A stretch of DNA of 64,000 bases from Takakia lepidozioides (lineage: Eukaryota; Plantae; Bryophyta). The notes beneath the pieces were generated by a model. The model did no database searches and was not told the DNA's origin. It was given only the letters and a program-made list of their open reading frames with translations. Positions 1 through 11,658 of this stretch are shown here, piece after piece. Each line of letters starts with the position of its first letter. Positions within the stretch are counted from its first letter, which is position 1. The position numbers and the translations under genes were made by a program. The DNA lies in assembly GCA_030704615.1 (NCBI GenBank), contig CM060733.1, forward strand, positions 62,372,001-62,436,000. The letters are read 5' to 3'.

Positions 1-1837
1 GCCGTGGCACACTTTCAGGTGCTATCTATACGGCAATCTCTTCACATTGTCACAGATCACCAGCCACTGGTTGATGGAGTCAGACAAGCTTACGAGGAAG
101 CTTGCATGGTGGGCACTTATACTCTAAGAGTATGACTTTCAGGTTGTGCATCGACCGGGTTTGGTCAATAGGGATGCGGATGGATTGAGTCGCAATCCAT
201 GCACGAGCCAGCAGGATTGCACTGGAGCTCGATGGCATGGTGAGACGGATGAGGAGATGGTGCCGGGATGACATGCATCTGCCTTTTTGTGTATCTTGGC
301 ATTGGGAGGTTAGGTTGGACCTACAACAGGGATGACTGTAGACAGAATGTCTGAGGACCCCGAGGCTAGTGATGAGCCAAGTGGTGCCAGAGATATACAT
401 GAGGATTCGGTTGTGTTGGACTACCTCCGCACTAGAGACACGACAGCTAGTGTGACTGCCAAGGAGAGGGATCGGATCCTGCAACGAGCCAAGAGGTTCA
501 AGTGGGAGGGGATACACCTGCTTCGAGTGTGGGAGGATGGTCGGGTGAGGATCGTGCCTCACCCAACACAGCGTGCATGGTTAGTGCGGCATGCTCATGA
601 GGAGTTGGGTCATTTTGGAGTGTGACGCACTCATAGTTTACTGCACGGGCAATATTGGTGGCGTGGTATACACACAGAGGTGCAATAGTTTGTGGCTAGG
701 TGCATGATGTGTGACAGGGTGCGTGCTTCATTCAACGCCCCTACACCATAGTTGCATCTTTTACCCATCATGGGATTGGGCTACAGGTGGAGTCTTGACT
801 TCGCAGGGCCTTTGCCACTGACGATGCGTCACCACAGATATGTGTTGGTGATGGTGGAGCACTTCTCCAAGTGGATTGAGTTGGTTCCATTGCCTGACAA
901 GGCTAGTGAGGGGGCTGCGTATGCATTCCTGGATCGTGTGCTTAGCCGATTTGGTGCTCCAGCTGAGGTACTCACAGACCAAGGGAGAGAGTTCTTGGGG
1001 GAGTTTCAGGCTTTGTGTGATAAAGCCTTGATAGACCACCGTACCACTTCTCGGGATCATCCTGAGGCTGATGGCTTGGCAGAGAGAGTGGTTCAGACAG
1101 TGAAGAGGGGTTTGCGCAAGTATGGCTTGCAAAAGGGACACCTAGGAGATTGGGATCTTCAGGCACCTTGGTTAGCCATGGGCTACAGGTTTAGCAAGCA
1201 AGCATCACTTGCCTCCTTCTCACCATATTTCCTTCTCTTTGGCCGAGAGCCAGATCTGCCTGCGTCTATTCGCAGAGCGGCTGCAGTAGTCCTCAACCTT
1301 GATGATCCGGATGTGTGGACACAAGCATGTGCCCAGCGGGCAGAGTTGTTCAAGAGGGTCATGCCTATGGCTTTTGAGAACCTTGCTATTGCCCAACACC
1401 GAGACACATTGAGGTATGTCACTATACGTGGAGGGGGATATCGGCCAGGTGTTCGGCGTTTCCACCCTGGGAACTATGTGTATCTGCAGCAAACAGCGCC
1501 TACGACCTTGGATGTCACAGCAGGACGTGTGATTCTAAGGGTCAGGGAGGTGTTGCCTTCAGGAGTGTTGATTCTGGAGGGTCAAGATGACATGGTATGG
1601 AAGGACCATGTGCGCAATTGTGCACCATGTCACCTTCCATATGTGGATGGGAGGATAGATCCCAACCTTGTAGTGGTACCTGCAGGGTTGCGTTGCATGC
1701 TATGTGGGCATGCTCGTGGTGCCGTCACTATGCTAGTGTGTGATCGATGCTCAAGAGGTTGGCACATGGGATGCTTGACACCACCTCTTGAGAGGGTTCC
1801 TGATGGAGATTGGTTATGTCCACACTGCTTGGGATAG
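1..1837 (+). mobile_element. pol: Ty3/gypsy pol remnant: RNase H end, H2C2 zinc finger, integrase core, C-terminal PHD finger
   Basis: RNase H tail (..TDHQPL..YDFQVVHRPG..NRDADGLSR), HEELGHFG zinc finger, rve core (WSLDFAGPL, TDQGREF, DGLAER) in ORF 752-1837, ending CMLC..CDRC..HMGC..WLCPHC. In-frame stops near 270, 623, 686 and 749. Confidence 0.93.
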
Positions 1838-2402
1838 TGGCAGTGGATATGACTGGTGGCAGCTAACAAGACATAGGAGGCCAAGCTCATAGGAGTCAAT
1901 ACCCGAGATCTCAGGCTCAAGTTCACAGGTTGTAAGATGGCGACTAACGATGGGGCAACTCTTGTACCCAGGGCCTCTTGATCTATCGAGTTTGAGTGTA
2001 GTAGGGAGAGTGGTGGAGGACTTAATGAGGCTATGGCCACTATCACATCTTGTGGCTATATTGCACGGTTTCTAAAGTTGCTTTTATCTCAAAAAATGAA
2101 ACGGAAACCGAAATCAACGGTACATCTAAAACCACTAAGTCTTCTTCTTCATCCTCTTGAATGAACATTCATCCCCTTAAGAGTGGATGAATGTTTTATC
2201 AAACCGACTATATAAGGCTCGGCATAAGATCTAACAACTATGGAGGTGTCTTAACAAAGAGGAGAGCCATATTTTCATAACACATATCAAATAATGCTCT
2301 TATGCCATTTTCAAGTGTAAATTTTTACAGAGCCAAAATTTCATAATATTAAGGGTGACTTAACAAAAAAGCAGGTAACACTTATCCAGGGTCAACTGTA
2401 TT

Positions 2403-3416
2403 TGTAATCTACTGCTCCCAGAGTCTCTCATATAGAGCGCCTGCGAGGGGGACACAATAATGTGCACCCCACATTAATGGTTGTTCATGTGGATCCCACA
2501 TTAATGCACTAGAGACTCCATGAACCCCACGCCATAGCCACCATAGCCAGCCTCCATGCTCCACATCCGCCATCCATGTGCTCTATGTTCCATATTCCCA
2601 TGATCCATCCCATGCCCTCCTCAATTCATGGTTAATTTAGTTTAATTAGGCTTGGCTTGATGCCATGTGCTCACCCCAAACAACCATGCAATAAGTCCAA
2701 CAACTTCTCAACACATGTATAATTATGACAATAATTGAAACCATTTCGATCGGTTTATAATGCAACATAATGTTAAGGTACTGCTCCGAAACCAAAATTA
2801 TTGTTGTTTATAATAAACCAAAATTGTTGTTTATATATTTGGAATCTCATACTCTCTCCCCCACTACAAGTATGAAATTTCAAATATATAAACAATAATA
2901 TTGGTTACTTATAAACAACAACAATTTTGGTTTCGGATCAGTACCTTAACATGTTTTTTCTTTTTGGAAGAAAATGAAACCTGGTAGTGACTTCAGACCA
3001 TTGAGGACCGCCATGAACAATCCACACACGGACAGGGGCAGTGCAGTGGGTTTGAACCCCAAACTACTGAGGTGATACACTGTGCACTAACCATCTGAGC
3101 TACCAACCGATGTGCAACTTAGCCTTCTTTGTTGCATTATAAACTAGTTCAATAATTCTCACAATTATTCATGTGTTGAGAAGTTGTTGGACTTATTGCA
3201 CGACACGGGATGGATCACGGGGATATGGAGCATAAAATGCATGGATGGTGGATGTGGAGTATACAGCTTGGCTATGGCTGCTATAGCATGGCATGGGGCG
3301 TCATGGAGGCTCAAGTAACATGGGATCCACATGAGCAGCCATTAATGTGGGGAAGCACATTAATGTGTCCCCTGACATGCGCTCTATACGGGAGACCCTG
3401 GGAGTAGTAGATTACA
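2403..3416. repeat. Fold-back (long inverted repeat) element, MITE-like
   Basis: TGTAATCTACTGCTCCCAG.. at 2403 mirrors ..CTGGGAGTAGTAGATTACA at 3416; the arms pair almost to a centre near 2860. Confidence 0.85.
2953..3115 (-). mobile_element. tRNA-derived SINE-like insertion in the right arm of the fold-back
   Basis: Minus strand: A-box TAGCTCAGATGG (3102-3091), B-box GGTTCAAACCC (3058-3048), A-rich tail at ~2954-2965; no counterpart in the left arm. Confidence 0.75.
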
Positions 3417-4754
3417 CTTATCTAGGCACTTACTACTTACCACTTACTATTTACGATAACAACTACTCACTATTAACTACTGTAGTCACTTATTATACTT
3501 TTCTTCACAATGAATACGTATTGGGAAAGGTGAAAAGTTCCCGCGCCATGGCTGTTGCCAAAGCTCTGCGTGCCCCGCACCCACAAGTTCACACTGCCAA
3601 GATTTGCTCTCCATCATGCCATCGCTGTTCCAGAGAAGGAAGCAGTCACACTTCGATCGTGTACGTTGGAAATTTTTTGTTTGGTGCGGTGAAAGAGGAG
3701 AGAGAGAGAGAGAAGATAGACATGTCTTGTCAAGACAAGAACAATATCATTCAGATCTTGGTCATTTTGTTGACAAATCAGCCTCAGAAATGATGCACTA
3801 TCCATTCTTACCTTGCAATTCCAGATTCAGATGTATAAGACTCAATTAGGGGAGTCTCTAGATGACTTAAATGTCATTTCATAATTCTTGGCAGACCTAT
3901 ATCAGACCCACAAAATACACAAAGGTACGGGTGGGAGGGCGGGAGTTTGGTACAGGTAGGGCCTGAATGCCATATCTTGATAAGCCAGAGCGCGACTGAA
4001 TTCAAAACACACATGGTTTTCAGCAAGCAAAATCTAATTTGAGCTTAGCTTTAAGAACTTAGAAACTTAGAAGGGAGAAGAAGAAATAGGCCAGAGAGCT
4101 TACTCATACAGCCAAAATCGGAAGAATAATGCACTGGGCTCGTAGAAAAACAGTGGGGAGTGTGTACCATACACCCCTTCATAAAGCCTTAAGAGGAAAA
4201 AGATTGCATGGGTTCAGAGCGATCTCTACTAGCCATGATATCGAACCAGTAGAAGCGAGTTCATAACCAAAAAAGAGCGAGAAGATATGTGTGTGTTTTA
4301 CACATCATTTCAACTGTCACTTCCAAGGATAAAATAGTCACTACACTACAACAGATGAGCGTTTTTATGACTGCAAATATGACTATATTTTCAATCTTAT
4401 ATGCGTTCATGACTACATCACTCTGTAGTGAAAAAAAACCCTGTCATAACGACCATCTTTTATGACTGCGTTGTGCAAGTCATAGCCGGGACTGCTTGTG
4501 TGGCACCTGGAGTCATGCTGCAAAGACCGATGTAGTCACAACTATATGACCTACGTATGACTAACTCTATAACTACATTGTATGCTGAACGTTGCCTACA
4601 TGGAGAGGCTTCAGTGGGACATGCCCGATTATCAGCGTCACGTCCGTAAGTCAGCGTCAGGTCACGTCAGACCTGACACTGACGAGACCTCCCTCACGTC
4701 AGGTTCCGGGAATATTCTAGTAAAAAAAATATCAGGTAAAATATTGCTACTTAA

Positions 4755-5712
4755 GCAGCCACGTCGCCGACACGGTGGCGGTAGCAAATACATTTGAAAA
4801 ATAATAAAATGTAAGCGACCGCCAAATCTGGCAGTCGCTTTATATTTCGAAATATAAAAAATAAGAGCGACCGTCATATTGGCGGTCGCTTAATTGTTTT
4901 TTTTTATAAACAAGATTGGCGGTCGCATTGGCGGTCGCCTAATTTAAAAAAGAAAAAACAACAACCTCCGTAATGGCGGTTGCATACTTTTAAAAATATA
5001 TAAAAAAAACAAGCGACCCACCAGAATTGGCGGTCGCTTAATTTTGAAAAAAAAAAAAAAAAAACAAGCGACCGCCATTATGGCGGTCGCTTGAATATAC
5101 AAATATATAAAATAAACCAACGACCGCCATATTATGGCGGTCGCTTTATTTTAAAAATATAAAAATATAAGCGACAAAAAAAAAAAACGACCGCTACACC
5201 GGACGGTCGCTTATTTTAAAATAAAAAAATAATGGCGACCGCCAAACTGGGCGGTCGCATAAATTTAAAAATATATAAAAATAAAAGCGACCGCCACACT
5301 GGCGGTCGCTTAAACTTTAAAATATGAAGATTAAAAACGACCGCCGTAGTGGCGGTCGCTGTATTTTCAAAATATTAAGAATAAAAGGGACCAACATCTT
5401 AGCGGTCGCTTTATTTTTAATATATAAAGAAATTAAACGGCCGCCATATTTGCGATCGTGTCATTTTTGTAAAAAACCGTCATAATAAATATAAGCGACC
5501 GCAATACTGGCGGTCGCATTATATTTGGAAATAAATAATAATAGCGACCGCCTTACGGGAGGTCGCTTAAATTTAGAAATATACAAAATAAAAGTGACTG
5601 CAATATTTCTGAAAATCAAAGGAAATAAAAGCGACCGCAGCAATATTGGCGGTCACTTGTGTTTTATAAAAAAATAGAAATAACGACCGCAGTATGAGCG
5701 GTTGCTTAATTT
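4755..5712. repeat. Array of ~18 short palindromes GCGACCGCC-N3-7-GGCGGTCGC separated by A/T-rich spacers (~50 bp period)
   Basis: Units visible at about 4814, 4866, 5011, 5066, 5119, 5234, 5286, 5337, 5494, 5543, 5630 and 5683. Confidence 0.92.
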
Positions 5713-5820
5713 TAAAACTATAATAAATATGGTTGTACCATCTTTTTTCGGGTGGGCGCTATTGGTCTGTCATTTTCATTTCACTTTCATCCTTCCTGGA
5801 GCATATATAAGGGAGGAAGG

Positions 5821-6540
5821 TCACAACAGATGAGTGTTTTTATGATTTCACATATGACTATTTTTTCAGTCTTATATGCGTTCATGACTATATCACTCTG
5901 TAGTGAAAAAAGCCCTGTCATAGCGACTAGTCTTTAGGACTGCGTTTTGCAAGTCATATCCATGACTGCTTGCGTGGCACCTGGAATCCTGCTGCAGAGA
6001 GGGTTGCAGTCACAACTATATGACTAATATATATGACTACATTGTCTGTTGAGCGCTGCCTACATGGAGAGGCTTCAGCGGGACACGTGCACCACTGCGC
6101 AAGCGACACGTCATGCATTCGTCAGGGGATCATATGACTATATGTCTGCAAAGTGATGCCTACATTGAGAGGCGACGGATGGACACGTGCGCCACTGCGA
6201 ATTTGACATGTCACGACTTCTTGCCATGATCATATGACTACATGTCTGCACAGTGATGCCTACATGGAGAGGCGCTAGCGAGACACGTGTGCTATGGCAG
6301 ATTTCACACGTGGTGACTACATGACTCGCTCATATGACTACAGGGATGTCTACATGGAGAGTTGTTAGCGGGACACCTGTTGCACTTGAGATGTGACATG
6401 TGGCACATAGACAAAATATATGACTAGCATATATGACTACGGATCTTTACACGTGGTGAAAATATGGATAAAGAATGTCGTGTCATATACTGCCACGTGT
6501 TCTGGTTTGAGCAAGAGTGATGCCACGTGTCATCAAGATT
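5821..6540. repeat. Second copy of the CACTA terminal region followed by ~95-bp subterminal repeats
   Basis: 5823-6085 matches 4348-4625 (ACAACAGATGAG..CCTACATGGAGAGGCTTCAG); then repeated TGCCTACATGGAGAGGC / GACACGTG / CATATGACTAC units. Confidence 0.85.
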
Positions 6541-6996
6541 GTTTTCCGAAATAGTTTATATTTTTAATGTTCATATTTTATTTTTTAGTTTTCATTTAAT
6601 ATTTAAAAGAACAGGGAGATTGCAATCTTGGATTTTTTTTAATGGTATTATTTTTAATATTATTATTTAAAATGAAAGTGAATTAAATGATTTAAAATCT
6701 TCATTACATGGTGAAATTCCAACATGAAAACAGAATGGATCCCTCCTGCATACTATCAACCACAAGGAGAATGAAAATAGTCAACTACAGGGCAATACAA
6801 GCCCTATAAATCACATTACAAAAATTCAAATGAGACCAATATCCCAATGGACACCTCAAAATCCACAAGGTCAAAAAATCCATGCCTCAAAAGGCCCAGC
6901 CAAAAACAAGCAAGCCCACACATGGGCTGAATTGTTGTAGTTAGTATGTTCTAGTGCTATTAGAATCAAGAACTCTGTTAAACAGTGCAATACTGA

Positions 6997-9900
6997 CTAT
7001 CCCTTCCGCAGCTCCATAAGTTTCAGTAACTTTAGACTCCAAAGTGTTGTCTGGCCAACCACCTGCCCCAACTCGGTCTGTTTCCTAACACCATTCACAT
7101 ATGGTAGAGGGGTGTTACTGACACATGCCTCTTTGATGTACACACAGGCATAATCAAGGGGCACAGCAGGGTACCCGTAACCTACCACAACACCTTGAAG
7201 AGCAACAATCAGCCCTACTCCACATTTCTTGCGTTTGGAGTTCACATCCAACAGCCGAACCTCGTCACCCACCCTGAACTGTGATCCCAACTCCACACAA
7301 AAAAGAACATGATGTGAAAACCCATGACATACACACGACTAGGACACTCAACATTTGCGAGTTAAAGAGAGCCCCAAGGTTGGAAAAAATATAACAAACA
7401 AGACAACGGCCTGGACTTACTCCATGTGCAGTCTCCAGTGGTGGTGAGACCTCTTTTGGGGGGCTACTCGCCGGGTCGACACTCTTGCCCCTCGTCTGTA
7501 CCGGCTTGTCGACAATATCACCTTTGTTTGTCACAAGTTCCTGTGTCACAGATCAGAGAACAACCAAAAAGCAATGAGCAAACATGAATAGTGAATAGAA
7601 ACAAAATCCAAGTATGAATCGAACAAAAAAAGCCAACATGAAAAGCTGCAAAGAAAACCTAGCATTAATCAAGCAACCGAGGAGAAGCATCCAGGAAAGC
7701 AATGCAATGAATGAACCCACAAAAATGTAGCCTCTGGAGCACTGTCAGAATGTCTGTACCTTCACAGTAGTAGTGTTGTATGGTTGTTGTCCGAAAACAG
7801 GCTGAGACTCCAAAAACTTGGGAATACTGGCAGCTTTCGATGCCTTCCACAAGAAAGGCCACAACACCTTTGTTAGATACTCATCAGTTGGTGAATATGG
7901 TTGCACCTTCCATGGCTCTGGAAAAATCCCACTGAAGGGAGGATTGTTTGCCGCCTTTCTTGGTGTGTCGTCAACAAGAACAATGTCCTCATAAGTCCAT
8001 TCTGGCCAGTTTGCCCACACTGTAGACAAGTACTTGAAATATAATGGCTTTGAATCAGACCCCTTACGGCATGGGAGGACTGTCATAGTGAAGGGCATCC
8101 CACTGGAAAACCAGGTTAGTGTGGGCTGCAAAAATATAGTCCACCATTGGGAAGAAGTTGCGAGCTTGGCAACAAGACCACACCGCCACCTCAAAGTGTT
8201 CAAAACACTTTTGCAAAAAGTCATAACAGCGTGGTCTCAAAACTACCATCTTCTTGCCACACATCTTCCCCACAAAACCTTTGGGAAGGGATGCAGGCCC
8301 ATTAGCAGAATGAAAAGATTCACATAACAGACCATTTAAGTCCAGAATTAGTAAATGCTTCCTCGTTGGTCCAGGAAGTAAACTGACATTTGGCTTCAAC
8401 ATGTGAGCAGGAGAAATTAAAGCAACCTGCTTGTTTGTTTTGTCCCCGTCTGCATCTTCCTCCCCATCTAAACTCCCACATACCTGCATACTAGAATCCG
8501 GTGTGCCCGGCGGCTCTGTCACCATTGCCCCCTGGACTGCTACTGCCTTTGTACGTGGCAAGGGCTGAATTTCCACGTGTACCTCACAGCTGGCCTTCCC
8601 TATATCCTGCTGCTGCTCGGTCAAATTCAAAAGATCATCAGTGACAGGAAGACATAAGGGCTTAGAGTGAGCACCAGTTACCGTCTGAAATTGGGATTCC
8701 AAACATTTTGATACTGTCACAGCAGACGTATCCATCGTAGATGTCACTGGTCCTGCGCCTGGTAGATTAATCCCCAATCTGGTCACAATGGCTTTCTGGT
8801 ACTCAATCATACTCTGCATCTGTAATTTTAATTCTGCCATGTCACGTCCTTGTGATTCCACCAATTTGTCCAAGCCATCCATCCTGCCAACTACTGTAGA
8901 ATATGCGAGACTTCCCTCCTGCCAATCCATGAAAACTTGCCCAAGTATGAATCAAACCAAAAAAACCTAGCATGAACAACCATTGGAAAGAAAACCCAGG
9001 CCAAAAGCCGTGAAAAAAACCCTAGCAACCTATGATGCAGCAACCACTCTAGCAAACGTGGAAAACACACTTACCCGCCAGTCACTCCCAGCTGACAACC
9101 GTGACACTGAACCCTCTTGAATTTCATATAATGTAGGAGGGCACCCTGATAGTGTTTCCTACAAATTAATCCATGCCACAAACAAACCCATGCCACAAGT
9201 CAGTAAGCAATGTGAGGGCTGACTATATATACATAGCAATTCAATGAGGAACAAAATATAGAGTCGTGATGATGCCACTTACCAAGCGTGCTTCCACCAT
9301 TGCCTTCCCACCACGGCCAGTCTTGGTAGGATTCAGAATTGCACCATTTGTCTTCTTCATGTTGCCCGACACTTTGTGGAACACCTCTGTCTGCCACTAA
9401 CTTACAAGCTTGTTTCATACCTCGTCAGATACAGTAATAGGTTTCCCCTTACCACCCAACCACGCAGTGTGTGCTTCATAACGCTGGCTCTTCATTATTC
9501 TGCCAATTGTTTGTTTTAGGTGGAAGTCTTTTAACTCGTGTGGCGTATATGAAAATAGCTTAGCCAGGTGATCTCTGATTTCATATACAACTTCATCAGG
9601 TTGGTTGTTGATGGCAAGGGAACAATCTAGCTTGCGATAAGCCTGTCCTTTAAGGGCAGCGTGCCATACATTCCGGGTCTGACCATACGGGGCTCCTTTG
9701 AGGTTCGTCAAAATCACCGTGGGAGGAAGACCTGCAGCTATTCTCTCTTCCTTGACCTTGGCAGCTTCAATTTTGGCTGAGCTATTAGCCCTCCTTAAAG
9801 CATTGGTTCTATCATTCTTTGAAACGGCACCCTCCCCTCCTTCAGAGACCTCCGTGCGCTCAGGACAATTCAAAGCAGGATCCTGCCAAGTAGGGACTGG

Positions 9901-11196
9901 TGGCCATGGCTGTTGGCCAGAAGGCCGAGGACCATACTGGCCATACTGTCCATAAGCAGGAGGATATTCCGGTGGCCTGCCACCCCATAGCTATTAGGGG
10001 GTGGCAAATATGGTGGAGGAGGATACTGGCCATACTGCCCATATGGAGGAGCACCATATTGACCCTGACCATACTGAGTGCCAGACTGTGGGTACTGAGG
10101 CATACCATAATAAGGTGGGGGTACTGGTGGCACAGAACCCACAACGTTGGGAGAGTTAGGGCCACCTCCTGCGTTCTTGTGGGTGCCATCTCCATTGCTA
10201 GCAGCAGGGATCGTGGATCCAGTGTGCTTGTGCTTGCCCTGAAAAGAAATTCCCCCAGTACAATGTGGGTGATTACACATACAAATAGGCAGCAAACAAC
10301 AAATCCTTGAATTCAGGCAAAACAAACTGGAAGCACATATCATTTGTAAAGACAAGATTACCCAAAACTCAGTATGATTTTGGGCAGTAAATCTCCCAAA
10401 TTTGATTGGCCCCAATGATGTCCTCCCAGTACATTTTTGAGCCCTCTTAGGTATGGGGTGTTCCTGAAATCCATAGCAAAAATTCAAATGGACAAACCTG
10501 ATGGGTCCATGAGAAGTATCCCTCCAAGTTTTACTGATATTCTGGGTGCATAAGTAACCCAAGTATCTCTATAAGTAGCCATGTAGCTTAGTACCAGGAC
10601 GTTGGTTTCATGGGGCAAAGAATTTGAACACACCTGAAGTCTACATTGGCCTGACATCATGCCTTTGGCACTTCAACTTGTCTAGTGGAAATCATTTGTG
10701 ATTGTGCCTTGGCTGACCCCTGCATTGTCCAACTTCCCTGTCTTGACAGACATACCCTATCTCTTCATGATTTTACCAAAAACATACATAATTAGAATCA
10801 TGGTCATTGTGAAGAACTATAACTCACAGACGGATAAGGTGTTCGTAGTGTAGATGATGGGCGTTTTTGTCCTGCGACATGAGCATGGGCATGTTCTCCT
10901 CGGCTTGCCGTGGCATCCGCCGACGACGCACTCGCCTCGCACTGGCGTGGGAGGAGTGGATCGTCCTCATCGTCCTCAGAAGAGCCCTCATGCAGAATCG
11001 TAGTCTTCATCGTCTTCAGTCTGGCACTTTGCCTTGCAGGACCTTGATCCCTAGTTTTTTCCTTCAGAGCGCGTGGCTTGCGAGGGCGATTCGCTCCTGC
11101 AAGCCTGCACAAACACCTCCATGACCTCCCTCTCAAACAATCACAAACAAATATAAGCATACATACCCTAATACTCTTAAGCCTACGCTGAACCAC
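6997..11196 (-). pseudogene. tnpA: Spliced tnpA-like (En/Spm accessory) gene with an internal FCP1/NIF HAD-phosphatase-like domain
   Basis: 9873-9280 is En/Spm TnpA-like (TNLKGAPYG..W..; KTGRGG); 8930-7760 is coiled coil plus NIF; 7279-6997 resembles the Tnp1/En/Spm C-terminal domain (VGDEVRLL..G..VP.DYACVYIKEA....LP..LGQVVG..LW). GT/AG sites link the blocks (near 9279, 7758, 7541, 7418 and 7279). The 5' exons are uncertain. Confidence 0.7.
7760..8370 (-). pseudogene. FCP1/NIF (CTD-phosphatase-like, HAD) domain, one frameshift near 8090
   Basis: KHLLILDLNGLL, VVLRPRCYDFLQKCFEHFEVAVWS, LVFQWD then in another frame KPLYFKYLSTVW, IVLVDDTPRKAANNP. Confidence 0.88.
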
Positions 11197-11658
11197 AGCC
11201 GCACCCTACCAGGACGTAATGCCTGCCCACGAATGACGGCGGACATCTCCCGCCTAATGACACAAACCTAATCGTCACTCACTGCATGTTGTTTGCCTCT
11301 CTATTTGTACAAGTCACAGCTACTCGCCCCCATTTGTGCTATGAAGCTTATGATCGCTGTAGGAAGGTTAGAGGATAAGGCAAATCGCAAGTTTAGTGGG
11401 TGGGTATCCAAAGTCAGGAACTAAACTCACCCAACGTTGCTTCCACCTCCTTTATGGCAGCAATTTGGCGCTCTCGGAACTTCTCGTACTCAGTGAGAGG
11501 GACTGTCACTTCGAAGACCTTCCGCTTCACCATGGACACTCAAAAACGATACTTATAGTATACTATAGATATAGAAATAGCACATTGGCAGCTGGTGCAA
11601 AACTAGAGACAATGCACTGTGCGTAGCATGCAAAGAGGGAAGGGGTGACGTTCAAAGC

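Noticed and set aside
3040-3115. Functional tRNA gene (also 34154-34234)
   Set aside because: A and B boxes are present but the stems and anticodon arm are broken; this copy has a SINE-like body and A tail.
4755-5712. CRISPR array
   Set aside because: Repeats are degenerate with variable loops, spacers are low-complexity A/T, there are no cas genes, and the context is eukaryotic.
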